A stretch of DNA of 64,000 bases, from contig CAVUZH010000025.1 of NCBI GenBank assembly GCA_963745835.1, forward strand, positions 1 to 64,000, read 5' to 3'. A program made the translations under genes and the position numbers. Each line of letters starts with the position of its first letter. Positions within the stretch are counted from its first letter, which is position 1. Below the pieces are notes generated by a model. It ran no database searches. It was not told the DNA's origin and worked only from the letters and a program-made list of their open reading frames with translations. Shown here piece after piece: positions 1 to 10,068 of this stretch. The stretch comes from an uncultured delta proteobacterium (GTDB taxonomy: Bacteria; Desulfobacterota; Binatia; UBA9968).

Positions 1-1163
<1,163 letters not shown>

Positions 1164-1328
1164 TTTTGCTTCGCCTTCCACGAATGCCCGATCCGACGCA
1201 AAAAGGATGTGAGCATCCATTGTCAATCCGTTCCGACACGAACACGTAAACACGAGCACGGCTTCTTTAGAAGTGTGCTGGGCAAAAAGATACTGCTGTG
1301 CTAGTACCAGCAAAAGATTGAGGCCAAT

Positions 1329-2351
1329 ATGACTATGTCGATTCGATTGCGATTGTTGCTTGCTCCGATATTAATCATCGTGATTTTTCTACCGCCTGAG
1401 GCGAGCCGGGCCTCCGGCGAACTGCTGGTCGCCTACGGCGGGCATAACGAGACCATGGCGCCGATGTGGGTGGGCGTTGATCGAGGTTTGTTCAGAAAGC
1501 ACGGTGTCGATCCGCGAGTGTTGCAGACCCGCAGCGGCCCGATCATGATGGCGACCTTGGCGTCGGGCGGAGCCCCTCTGGTTTGGGCGGCGCCGACCAG
1601 CGCCATCAGCGCGGCGCTGGGAGGAATGAAGCTCGGGTGCTTTGCAGTCGGCAACGATAGAATTCCCCGCGAGTTGATCGCCCGCAAAGGGATCGAATCG
1701 TTGGATGATTTGCGCGGTAAAACCTTCGGCGTTCAAAGCATCGGTGGTGGCTTCTGGTTGGCCACCATGGCCGTGCTCAATGGGCTCGACATCGATCCCG
1801 ACAAGTACAAGCTCAGTATGCGGGTGATTGGCGACACCGGAACAGTTACGCAAGCCCTGACCACCGGCAATATCGACGCTGCGGTGGTGCCTTATAGTTT
1901 TGCCGATATGGCCAAGAGGGCCGGCGCCCGCTCGTTGGCGGATGCGGGTAGGGTAAAACTCGTTTATCAGGGCACAGCGATGTGTGCGCGGCAAGATTCC
2001 AGCGCCATTAGTAATGAAACGATGATCGGATTGGCCAAAGGAATTGTCGAAGCGCTGGTTTATATCCAAGAGCCGGCAAATAAGCGTGATGTATCCGAGA
2101 TTCTCAAGAAGCATCTCCGCCTGACAAGAGACGAAGATATCGAAGCATCATACAAAGTGACACGTTTACAGATGACAGCTTTGGATATCGCCCCCAACGC
2201 CGAGGCTTGGATACGAATCCAGCGCCTGCTCACACGGGTCAATCCTAAAGTTAAGGAGGCGGATCTGGGTCAGTTATTGGTGAACAACGCAGCACGGACT
2301 CTGGAGGAGAGCGGCTTCTTGCCCGAGATGAGAAAGAGACTCGGAAGGTAA
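1329..2351 (+). CDS. ABC-type substrate-binding protein, NMT1/SsuA/TauA family
   Basis: Signal peptide, GLFRKHGVD and DLRGKTFGV motifs, ~340 aa. Confidence 0.8.
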   Translation: MTMSIRLRLLLAPILIIVIFLPPEASRASGELLVAYGGHNETMAPMWVGVDRGLFRKHGVDPRVLQTRSGPIMMATLASGGAPLVWAAPTSAISAALGGMKLGCFAVGNDRIPRELIARKGIESLDDLRGKTFGVQSIGGGFWLATMAVLNGLDIDPDKYKLSMRVIGDTGTVTQALTTGNIDAAVVPYSFADMAKRAGARSLADAGRVKLVYQGTAMCARQDSSAISNETMIGLAKGIVEALVYIQEPANKRDVSEILKKHLRLTRDEDIEASYKVTRLQMTALDIAPNAEAWIRIQRLLTRVNPKVKEADLGQLLVNNAARTLEESGFLPEMRKRLGR

Positions 2352-2477
2352 TGAAATTGCGACTAGGAACCAAGGGGCGGTCTCGTGTTGCTGCTCATGC
2401 GTCGTGACATGAGTTGGCTTAGCTGACGGCACGAACAGGTTGACGTGAACCCGATCAGGCAGGAAGGAGATTGAATC

Positions 2478-4190
2478 ATGCAAGGTGGACAGGCAATGTT
2501 GAAGGCGATTGAGCGAAGCGGCGTCGATTACATTCTTTCTTCTCCAGGCTCGGAATGGCCGCCGGTCTGGGAAGCCTTGGCCGAGGCAGCGGCGCGTGGA
2601 GCGCAAAAGCCGAAGTACATCAACTGTCGCCACGAGGCCGTCGCGGTTGCGATGGCGGCGGGTTACACGAAAGTGACCAATCGGCCGCAGGTGGTAATGC
2701 TGCACGCTACGGCTGGTCCGCTCAATGCGGCCATGACGTTGCGCGCCGCCTTACACGAGCGTACGCCGATGGTGATCCTCAGCGGTGAAATCGCCGCCTA
2801 CGGTGAAAATACGCGTGTTGCCGACCCGGGCGGCCAGTGGCTACACGATCTCACGGATCTCGGCGGCTCGCCGGATTTGCTCAGAAGCTGCGTCAAGTGG
2901 GCGGATCGGATTTCTTCAGCGGAGCTGTTGGCTCCGACCATCGAGCGCGCCATGCAAATTGCCGTTGAGCCACCGGCGGGTCCGGTGCTTATTGGCATCC
3001 CCTTCGAATGCATGATGGAAGAAGTTCAGTGGATCGAGCATGGCAAAGCCAACGAAGTAGTGCGCTCGGTGGCAGTAGACGATAAGGCCATAGATCAGGC
3101 GCTAAAGCTCATTGCCAGTGCAAAGAATCCCGTCGCAGTCACGGAATATGTCGGTGGCGATCCGCGCGCTGTTGAGAGGCTCGTGCAGCTTTGTGAATTG
3201 TTTTCCATTCCGGTGATGGAAACGTACCGGCCGGCATTCGTGAATTTTCCGCGCAGTCATCCACTTTATTTGCATCATGATGCGAAGGCCATCGATGCGG
3301 CGGATTTGATATTGATGGTGGAAGCTGTGACACCCTGGTATCCGGCGAGCAAGTCGCCCAAGAACGCCAAAGTCATCGCCATTGCCACTGAGTTTCCCAA
3401 TTCACGGCTCCCTTACTGGGGCTACAATGTCGACCTAGCTCTAGTGGCGCCGCCGGCGCAGACGCTGGAGAAAATAGTAACCAAAGCAAAAGCGTCCGAA
3501 GAAGTCGCCAGCAATCGCGCGGCTTACGAACAACGCCTGGTGCACACGCGCGAAAAACACGACGATCATTTCGGCAAGTTGAATACTGAAGCCCGAAAAC
3601 ATGCCGATGACACGCCGATTGACCCAAGATGGCTGTGTCATGCGTTGGCCGAGGCGTTGCCCGAGAACTCGGTGATCTCGGAAGAAACCACGGTTTATCG
3701 CACCCTCATACAGGAAGCGATCCCACGCAACCAGCCGCAATCATATTTTGCCCGAATCACCGGCGGGCTCGGCGTCGGTTTAAGCTATGCGTTGGGCGTA
3801 AAATTAGCGATGCCGGACCGGCCCGTGTTCGCGCTGATCGGCGATGGCGCGTTTCACTACAATGCCGTGCCGTCATGCCTTGGGGTCGCTGAAGAATATC
3901 AACTGCCGATCCATGTGTTGGTCTTCAACAATGGCCGCTACTTGTCGATGGAAACCAGCCTGATCAAATATTTCCCGGAGGGCGCAGCGAAAAAGACCGG
4001 AGTTCACTTTGGCGCCAACATCGCACCGCATCCGGACTACCAGTATTATGCTCAAGCGCACGGCGGTCGCGGATTCCGGGTGACGCGGCCGGATCAAATC
4101 AAGACGGCAGTGGAGCAGGCGCTGGTGCAAGAAAGGGAAGGCAAACTCACAGTGATCGATGTCGTTCTCAGCGATTTCAATCCGCGATAG
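2478..4190 (+). CDS. Thiamine-pyrophosphate-dependent enzyme (acetolactate synthase / benzoylformate decarboxylase-like)
   Basis: SPGS, CRHE, GDGAF...NNG TPP motif; RBS AGGAG upstream. Confidence 0.9.
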   Translation: MQGGQAMLKAIERSGVDYILSSPGSEWPPVWEALAEAAARGAQKPKYINCRHEAVAVAMAAGYTKVTNRPQVVMLHATAGPLNAAMTLRAALHERTPMVILSGEIAAYGENTRVADPGGQWLHDLTDLGGSPDLLRSCVKWADRISSAELLAPTIERAMQIAVEPPAGPVLIGIPFECMMEEVQWIEHGKANEVVRSVAVDDKAIDQALKLIASAKNPVAVTEYVGGDPRAVERLVQLCELFSIPVMETYRPAFVNFPRSHPLYLHHDAKAIDAADLILMVEAVTPWYPASKSPKNAKVIAIATEFPNSRLPYWGYNVDLALVAPPAQTLEKIVTKAKASEEVASNRAAYEQRLVHTREKHDDHFGKLNTEARKHADDTPIDPRWLCHALAEALPENSVISEETTVYRTLIQEAIPRNQPQSYFARITGGLGVGLSYALGVKLAMPDRPVFALIGDGAFHYNAVPSCLGVAEEYQLPIHVLVFNNGRYLSMETSLIKYFPEGAAKKTGVHFGANIAPHPDYQYYAQAHGGRGFRVTRPDQIKTAVEQALVQEREGKLTVIDVVLSDFNPR

Positions 4191-4229
4191 CGCGGCAGAG
4201 AGGGATAATCGAACGGCGGTTTTGAGCAG

Positions 4230-4454
4230 CTAAGGAGAGTTTCTTTTGTTTTTCGGCTGATGTTTGGATACGGCGGTTTTCTTGCGCATCCCAGTGCGCT
4301 GCTTCGCCGGCAGGGTTTTCTTTACGCGGGAAACAGTCGGGGGTAATCCCAACTTTGTTTTTCTTGTTGTTTCCTGCTCCGTTTGCATCACCAGAGGTTG
4401 GCCTACAGCCCACTCGGTAATCGGGTCTTTCTTGCTTTTGTTGGGATGCCGCAT
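4230..4454 (-). CDS. Small basic hypothetical protein
   Basis: Lys/Arg-rich ORF from ATG 4454; no recognisable motif. Confidence 0.3.
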   Translation of the reverse strand: MRHPNKSKKDPITEWAVGQPLVMQTEQETTRKTKLGLPPTVSRVKKTLPAKQRTGMRKKTAVSKHQPKNKRNSP

Positions 4455-4667
4455 AGCTTCTATGATGTCACAGTTGTAGTATCTTTCCAATACCAGCGCC
4501 CTGCATGTAACTTACGGTTAGTACATATCCTTGGACTGGCTCCATCCGGATGGCATCATGGCGCCGGCACGCATTGGCTCACTACCTCATTTCGTTAGAA
4601 AAGATGCCATGATTTAAAAGCGACCGCGCGAGGGGGCCGACCCCAGGCGCTTCAGGGTTAAATCCCA

Positions 4668-4832
4668 TGCTTCGTGATCAGCATCTTTCTTACCATGGGC
4701 ATAGCCTTTGGTAGTCGCAATGCTTTTTCGGTTTTCTTACTCGCGGTGATTGATGTTAAGAGCGGCGGTTTTTATCTGGACAGCGGGCTCGCGCAGAAGC
4801 AGATGAGCTCGGCGACACCACAAAGCAAATGA
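4668..4832 (+). pseudogene. Probable remnant of an MFS transporter first transmembrane segment
   Basis: Translates to CFVISIFLTMGIAFGSRNAFSVFLLAVID, resembling an MFS N-terminus, then loses similarity and stops. Confidence 0.4.
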
Positions 4833-4893
4833 TACTTCTAGTTGTTATCCCTTTGTTTATCCACTCACGGACAACAAGTGTAAGCACGTTTTG

Positions 4894-5901
4894 TTACCTA
4901 GCTGCCGATGCACCGAATATGCGCGGAAAGAGCTTTCTTACATTGCCTTCGGTAATTTTGTATCTCTCTTCCTGGCTGAGCCAATCAATTTCCTGAAAAA
5001 TCGGCACGAGGTCCTCGAAGTTTCTGCCGGTCATGGGATCGATGGCATTAACGGCGCCGAACATCTCCGTGGCAAAAAGCACGTTATCGGCGCCTACCCG
5101 CTTGATTAGAAGCTCCATCGATTCTTTGTCGTAGATCGCCATGTCCCAATAAACTCGCCGAGCCGCTTCCTCGAACGGCTCAAGCCCTTCCTTTACGTGC
5201 ATGCCGCGATTGCGATTCCACTGGTACGGGACGGCGCCGCCGCCGTGCGGAATGACGATCTTTAATTTTGGAAAATCTTTGAATACGCTGGATTTGAGCA
5301 GCTCGATGGCGGCCGAGTTGTGATGAGCAAGATAATAAGAATTTGTAAGATGCATTGCCGGATTGAGCGACGCGCTGGCATGGATCGTACACGGCACGTC
5401 GAGTTCGACCATCTTTTCCCACAGGGGATACCACCAGTCACTGCCGAGAGAAGGCGTCAGAGGTTCGCGTCCCCCGGCAACATCGGGGTTGACGTTGCAA
5501 CCGACGAATCCCAATTCTTTAACGCAACGGTCAAGTTCACCGACCCATTCCTTCGGGCTGACATCCGGCGATTGCGGCAACTGGCATACGGCGGAAATCT
5601 TATCCGGCCATAACCCCGCAACGCGCGCGATGAGATCGTTGCACGCCTCTGTCCAATACCGGCTAACCAGGGGCGAGCCGAAATGATGGCCCATCGCGGA
5701 GGCTTGGGGAGAAAACAGAAGCCGATCGATACCGGATTCTTTCATTCGCTTGAACTGACCTTCCATTGAGCGTGCCAGAACCTCATCGCTGATCTGTAAC
5801 TTTGCTGGTATGGGCTTCCCTAGATGCGTGATCTGCTGGCCGCGGTACGCCTGCAGCTGCGCTGGAGCAGTGGTGTAGTGGGTGTGGGCATCGATGATCA
5901 T
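4894..5901 (-). CDS. Amidohydrolase_2 family protein, 4-oxalomesaconate hydratase (LigJ)-like
   Basis: Start MIIDAHTHYTTAP; VCQLPQSP, GFVGCNVNPD, PHGGGAVPY, VLFATEMFGAV motifs. Confidence 0.85.
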   Translation of the reverse strand: MIIDAHTHYTTAPAQLQAYRGQQITHLGKPIPAKLQISDEVLARSMEGQFKRMKESGIDRLLFSPQASAMGHHFGSPLVSRYWTEACNDLIARVAGLWPDKISAVCQLPQSPDVSPKEWVGELDRCVKELGFVGCNVNPDVAGGREPLTPSLGSDWWYPLWEKMVELDVPCTIHASASLNPAMHLTNSYYLAHHNSAAIELLKSSVFKDFPKLKIVIPHGGGAVPYQWNRNRGMHVKEGLEPFEEAARRVYWDMAIYDKESMELLIKRVGADNVLFATEMFGAVNAIDPMTGRNFEDLVPIFQEIDWLSQEERYKITEGNVRKLFPRIFGASAAR

Positions 5902-6005
5902 GAGGTGGCTCCTTCCTATATTTCTCAAAGGCGAATCGGTTTGTCTGACATAGAGCCCTTTGCTATACAACTGGCGCAAGCAACGAGACCAAGGAGTACG
6001 GTGTC

Positions 6006-6875
6006 ATGTCAGACATACCCCGCTTAAACGGCGTAATCAAAGCCCTCGAGCAAGGCCATACCGCCTTCGTTTCATTTTGCCCGGTCGATATCGAAAGTGC
6101 CGTCGCCATGGCGGGATCGCAGCTCGATGGCGTCGCTTTCGAAATGGAGCATGGCCCCCTCGATTTCCCCGGTTTACGCCAAGCTCTGCAGTTCATGCTC
6201 GACCGGCGTCAGATCATCCAACAAGCAACGTTAGCTCCCGCGGTCACGCCTATGGTGCGTATTCCGCCCAACGGCGGCGAGCACAATCAGTGGATCGCTA
6301 AACAGGTGCTCGATATCGGCGTTTTTGGAATCATTTTCCCGCACGTCAGCTCTGTCGAGGAGGCCTGGAACGCTGTGTGCGCATGCCGCTATCCGCGTCT
6401 CGCTACAGTTCCGCACTACGACCCAGCCGGAATTCGCGGTGATGCGCCGGCGCGAGCGGCGCGCTATTGGGGTTTAACCCAACAGGAGTATTACCAACGG
6501 GCCGACGTGTGGCCATTGGCACCGCACGGAGAAATTCTCGTCATCATTCAATGCGAAGATACGCGCGCCATCGATAATCTTCCGAAGATTCTCAAGGAGG
6601 TGCCCGGCATCGGCGTTGTTTTGATAGGTGAAGGCGATTTAAGCCAGGAGTTGGGCCATCCTAGAAATTATGAGCATCCGGTTGTGGCGGACGCGATCGC
6701 TAACATTCTCAAAATTTGCAGGGAGCACAACGTACCGTGCGGCCATCCTCACCCAGACTCGCATAATATTGAGCGGCTGGTCGCCTGCGGCTATCGCTTC
6801 CTGATGCCGTCTGCGCCGCGATCCTTCAATGTTCTCGAACTTGGCCGCAAGCTCGCCGGCAGAACTGCCGGTTGA
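6006..6875 (+). CDS. HpcH/HpaI aldolase family protein
   Basis: EMEHGP, PMVRIP, KQVLDIG, IGEGDLS motifs. Confidence 0.9.
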   Translation: MSDIPRLNGVIKALEQGHTAFVSFCPVDIESAVAMAGSQLDGVAFEMEHGPLDFPGLRQALQFMLDRRQIIQQATLAPAVTPMVRIPPNGGEHNQWIAKQVLDIGVFGIIFPHVSSVEEAWNAVCACRYPRLATVPHYDPAGIRGDAPARAARYWGLTQQEYYQRADVWPLAPHGEILVIIQCEDTRAIDNLPKILKEVPGIGVVLIGEGDLSQELGHPRNYEHPVVADAIANILKICREHNVPCGHPHPDSHNIERLVACGYRFLMPSAPRSFNVLELGRKLAGRTAG

Positions 6876-6959
6876 ATCTCGTCGACAAAAATAAAACTGT
6901 GCAGTTCAATATCTGACTGATTGACCGCAAGAGCTTGCTATAAGAGACGTTGCTTGAGG

Positions 6960-7196
6960 ATGCTATCGATAAGGGACGTGAAGGACGAGGCACTTTGCGC
7001 GGCCGCCAGTCTTGATAAACTCGCTCAGGAATCTCGAAGGCGGAAATCCCAGCGCCTGCAACTGGCTGCTGATTTGAGGGCAGCCGTGATTCATGATTAC
7101 ATTTTTCTCCACCACAATATTGCTCTTGAGCCAGTAAGTATCTGCTCGGGCGACTGTGATTCATTCCCTGGATTGATCTCGTGCTCGATGCCGTAA
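6960..7196 (+). CDS. Hypothetical protein
   Basis: ORF from ATG 6960; no motif. Confidence 0.25.
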   Translation: MLSIRDVKDEALCAAASLDKLAQESRRRKSQRLQLAADLRAAVIHDYIFLHHNIALEPVSICSGDCDSFPGLISCSMP

Positions 7197-7381
7197 AAAG
7201 CAGGCGGGCACATCAACATCCCCATATGAATATTTTATTGCCCAATCGTTCGGGGAGAGAACGAAACGCGGCCACATCTAGGGGAATCGCACCTATGATC
7301 AGGTCTACGTTGACAGTGGATTTTTATGTGATAAGAGGCACGACATCTTGCTAAAGCCAGGCTGCTTGCTGGGGTGACAAC

Positions 7382-7654
7382 ATGAGACTACTACGTCGGC
7401 TGATTCGTGGCGTCCTAGCATTAACGATTTGTCTGATTTCCGTTCCGCAAAAACTTGATTCTCACGGCGGAGACCCTGACCTGATTCACGCCTGCATTAA
7501 CGATAAGGGGGTCGTTCGGATTGTTCGTCCCAAGGATGAATGTGCCAGATCGGAAACGGCGCGACACTGGATACGAGTTCGACCGGGGGACAAGCCGCCG
7601 CGCGACCGCAAGGTGTCCGACGGCAAGTTAGCGTCGGTAGAGTTGTTGGACTAG
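7382..7654 (+). CDS. Small secreted hypothetical protein (IHAC...VRIV...C...E...W module)
   Basis: Signal-peptide-like N-terminus followed by a two-Cys module. Confidence 0.5.
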   Translation: MRLLRRLIRGVLALTICLISVPQKLDSHGGDPDLIHACINDKGVVRIVRPKDECARSETARHWIRVRPGDKPPRDRKVSDGKLASVELLD

Positions 7655-7966
7655 CCGTAGGTCTCGCAGACACCCAGCGCGGGCTCGCGGATAGTAAGCT
7701 ATTATTCGCGGAACCATCACGGAGCTTGCCACTTCCTAGTGACTGAGCTCGATGATACCTCGCGCCCCCGCTTTCGGAATGGCGCTATCTTCGCACAGTA
7801 GTTTTTCGAAGCGGCGCTTATGGCCCCTGCGGCCTTAAACTGATGCTGACACGGCTAAGATTATCGAGCGCGCAGAATAAGACTGCCGTTCCGCCCTTCG
7901 TTTGTTTACACAGACCCGGGTTTCGAATAATACATCAGGCATCTAGGCTCGACATTAGGAGGCGCC

Positions 7967-8995
7967 ATGATTTACACGCGCATTTGCGATCTGCTCGACA
8001 TCGTTCATCCGGTCGTTTTGGGCGGGATGGGAACTGCGACCACTGCGCCGCTCGTCGCTGCCGTATCCAATGCCGGCGGTTTCGGCACTCTGGGCACATC
8101 TGCGTTCAATGCCTCAACTCTTGATACGGAAATCGCGTCGATCCGTGAGCGAACCGACAAGCCATTCGGCATCAATCATCTGCTCTTTCAAATCCAGGAG
8201 GATATGTTCACGGTTACTCTAAGCGCTAAACCGACGGTCGCCGCGTTTGCCTGGGCTCGCAAGGATCAGAACCTGCGTGAATATTTTCAGCGCGCTCACG
8301 ATGTTGGATCTAGGGTCATGTACATGGCCGGTGAAGTTCCTGAAGCTCTCCGTGCTGCGGATGCCGGGGCGGATATGATCGTGGCTCAGGGCACAGAAGC
8401 CGGAGGGCATGTGGGTTGGATGGCGTCCCTACCGCTGCTACCGATGATGGTCAAAGCCGTAGCGCCGTTACCAGTTCTCTGCGCGGGTGGTATCGCCGAT
8501 GGCCGAGGTCTTGCTGCCGTGCTGGCGCTTGGCGCCGAAGGTGTACTGCTCGGCACCCGTTTCATGGCCACGCCGGAAGCGCCGATTCATCCGAACTTCA
8601 AACGAGCGATTGTTGAAAGCGACGGCCACGACACCGTGCTGACGGAAATTCCTGATCTCGCCAGTCAGCGCGTCTGGCCCGGAGCGATGTCGCGAGCTCA
8701 GCGCAACCGTTTCATCGAGCGCTGGGCCGGACGCGAATGGGCGCTGCGGCAAAATGCCCGGGACGTTGGCCGGCAGGTTGCGGCTGCCCGCGCTGCCGGC
8801 GATATCGATAACGCCTCACTTTCCTTCGGTCAAGATGCCGGCTTAATCGATTCCATCAAGAGCGTACGGGAAGTAATTCGAGACATCATCGGCGAGGCGG
8901 AGAATATCATCAAAGATCGATTGCCCGGCCTTCTCCAGAGCGGAGAAGCGAACAAGTTAGCTAGCGGCAAAAAGACTGCGTCAAAAGGTTCGTAG
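7967..8995 (+). CDS. Nitronate monooxygenase / FabK-like FMN oxidoreductase
   Basis: LVAAVSNAGGFG, QGTEAGGH, AGGIADGRG, GTRF motifs; AGGAGG RBS. Confidence 0.92.
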   Translation: MIYTRICDLLDIVHPVVLGGMGTATTAPLVAAVSNAGGFGTLGTSAFNASTLDTEIASIRERTDKPFGINHLLFQIQEDMFTVTLSAKPTVAAFAWARKDQNLREYFQRAHDVGSRVMYMAGEVPEALRAADAGADMIVAQGTEAGGHVGWMASLPLLPMMVKAVAPLPVLCAGGIADGRGLAAVLALGAEGVLLGTRFMATPEAPIHPNFKRAIVESDGHDTVLTEIPDLASQRVWPGAMSRAQRNRFIERWAGREWALRQNARDVGRQVAAARAAGDIDNASLSFGQDAGLIDSIKSVREVIRDIIGEAENIIKDRLPGLLQSGEANKLASGKKTASKGS

Positions 8996-9143
8996 TAACC
9001 GCACCGATTTGCCTGGACGTTTGATGGGTACAGGAGAGGCAGTGAAGAACAGTTCTTCGGCGGACAGAATTTCGAAATCTGCGCTCTACCCGACCACTGG
9101 CTTAAATACTCGCTGCTTCAGCTGAACATGGCAACGAGCAACG

Positions 9144-9377
9144 TTATCTAAAGGCCGCCTGGGTTTTACTTATTTTCAACCAATCAGGTGACTCTTCCAA
9201 ATGCGCCGACTGGCATCGTTTATCACGATGTTTTTGAATACAGCTCAAGCAGAAGCCGATCACTGGCGAATCAGCGATCTCCTCATAGTAGCGTAGCGGC
9301 CAGTTCTCGCACTCCCTGCAAAAATGCCAGATGTCGGTCAGGTTAGACTTTCGATAAAAGGTTCTCAAATCGGCCAT
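9144..9377 (-). CDS. Small Cys/His-rich putative metal-binding protein, copy A (WHFCxxCxNWP...CxxC...C)
   Basis: AGGAG RBS; paralog at 12289 conserves the Cys/His/Trp pattern despite DNA divergence. Confidence 0.7.
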   Translation of the reverse strand: MADLRTFYRKSNLTDIWHFCRECENWPLRYYEEIADSPVIGFCLSCIQKHRDKRCQSAHLEESPDWLKISKTQAAFR

Positions 9378-9402
9378 GCGAGCTCCTGATCAGCAGAACT
9401 GA

Positions 9403-9588
9403 TTACGAACCACAGGAGAATGGAGCGGCGATACAATCAACGACTTTGCTCCAACTTCCTGCCAGTTCATCGCCTATGTTAGTGCTTCTCATGCCGCCCC
9501 AGAAAACCAGGGCAACCAGAAATACGATCAAGGTATATTCCATCAATCCCTGACCCCGCTCATTACGCAAGTTCTTTAGTGGTTCCAT
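9403..9588 (-). CDS. flp: Flp family pilin, copy A (61 aa)
   Basis: MEPLKNLRNERG|QGLMEYTLIVFLVAL: short leader, G cleavage site, E5-Y6 Flp motif, hydrophobic helix; GGGAG RBS. Confidence 0.85.
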   Translation of the reverse strand: MEPLKNLRNERGQGLMEYTLIVFLVALVFWGGMRSTNIGDELAGSWSKVVDCIAAPFSCGS

Positions 9589-9642
9589 GACTTTCTCCCT
9601 TCGTTGCTTTTTGCGACGTTGTGGTATCACAACGCGGCATAG

Positions 9643-9658
9643 CGCAACTCTAATGCCA
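9643..9658 (-). promoter_or_regulatory. Sigma54 (-24/-12) promoter of flp copy A
   Basis: TGGCATTAGAGTTGCG on the minus strand, GG-N10-GC spacing. Confidence 0.8.
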
Positions 9659-10068
9659 CAAAGTAAGCTCTTGAGATGTTTGAAGACTTGGAGGTAAGGC
9701 AATTGTATTTTTGCCGACGTTGACAAAAATCAATTGAAGACTTGTCAGATTCGGCACCACCTTATAACTTTTGGTGCCCTTGAGAAAAGTTAGGTAACTG
9801 ATTCCAGCGTGGAATCGATAGCGGGCGCGCGGAGCGTATTAGCTCCCTCGCGAGTTGCGGCGCTTACGCTAACTCCATGCAGGTGCAGTCAATTAGATTC
9901 GCCTCGCTTGATGTCTATCTGTTTTCGATTTGACCACCGAATAATTTTGTTTCTTACGATTTTGATGCAATGACCTAAAGACAGCTACGGTTTGCTTCTT
10001 GCAGTTGCCACAGCGAAGTATTTTTGTCGTGCTATGGCAAATATTTTGATTCTAAGGTAATACTTTAA

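Larger units (their letters stand above)
9348..9758 (-). repeat. Left arm of a 411-bp inverted repeat
   Basis: Reverse complement of 11908-12318; no mismatch found by line-by-line reading. Confidence 0.95.

Noticed and set aside
1234-1260. ACACGA-like short tandem repeat
   Set aside because: Four degenerate units only; no further structure
7337-7353. Sigma54 promoter AGGCACGACATCTTGCT
   Set aside because: GG to GC spacing is 11, not the required 10
9589-9726. N-terminal extension of the 107-aa flp ORFs (also 11940-12077)
   Set aside because: It covers the sigma54 promoter and enhancer-like sites; the RBS and prepilin leader point to ATG 9588/12078
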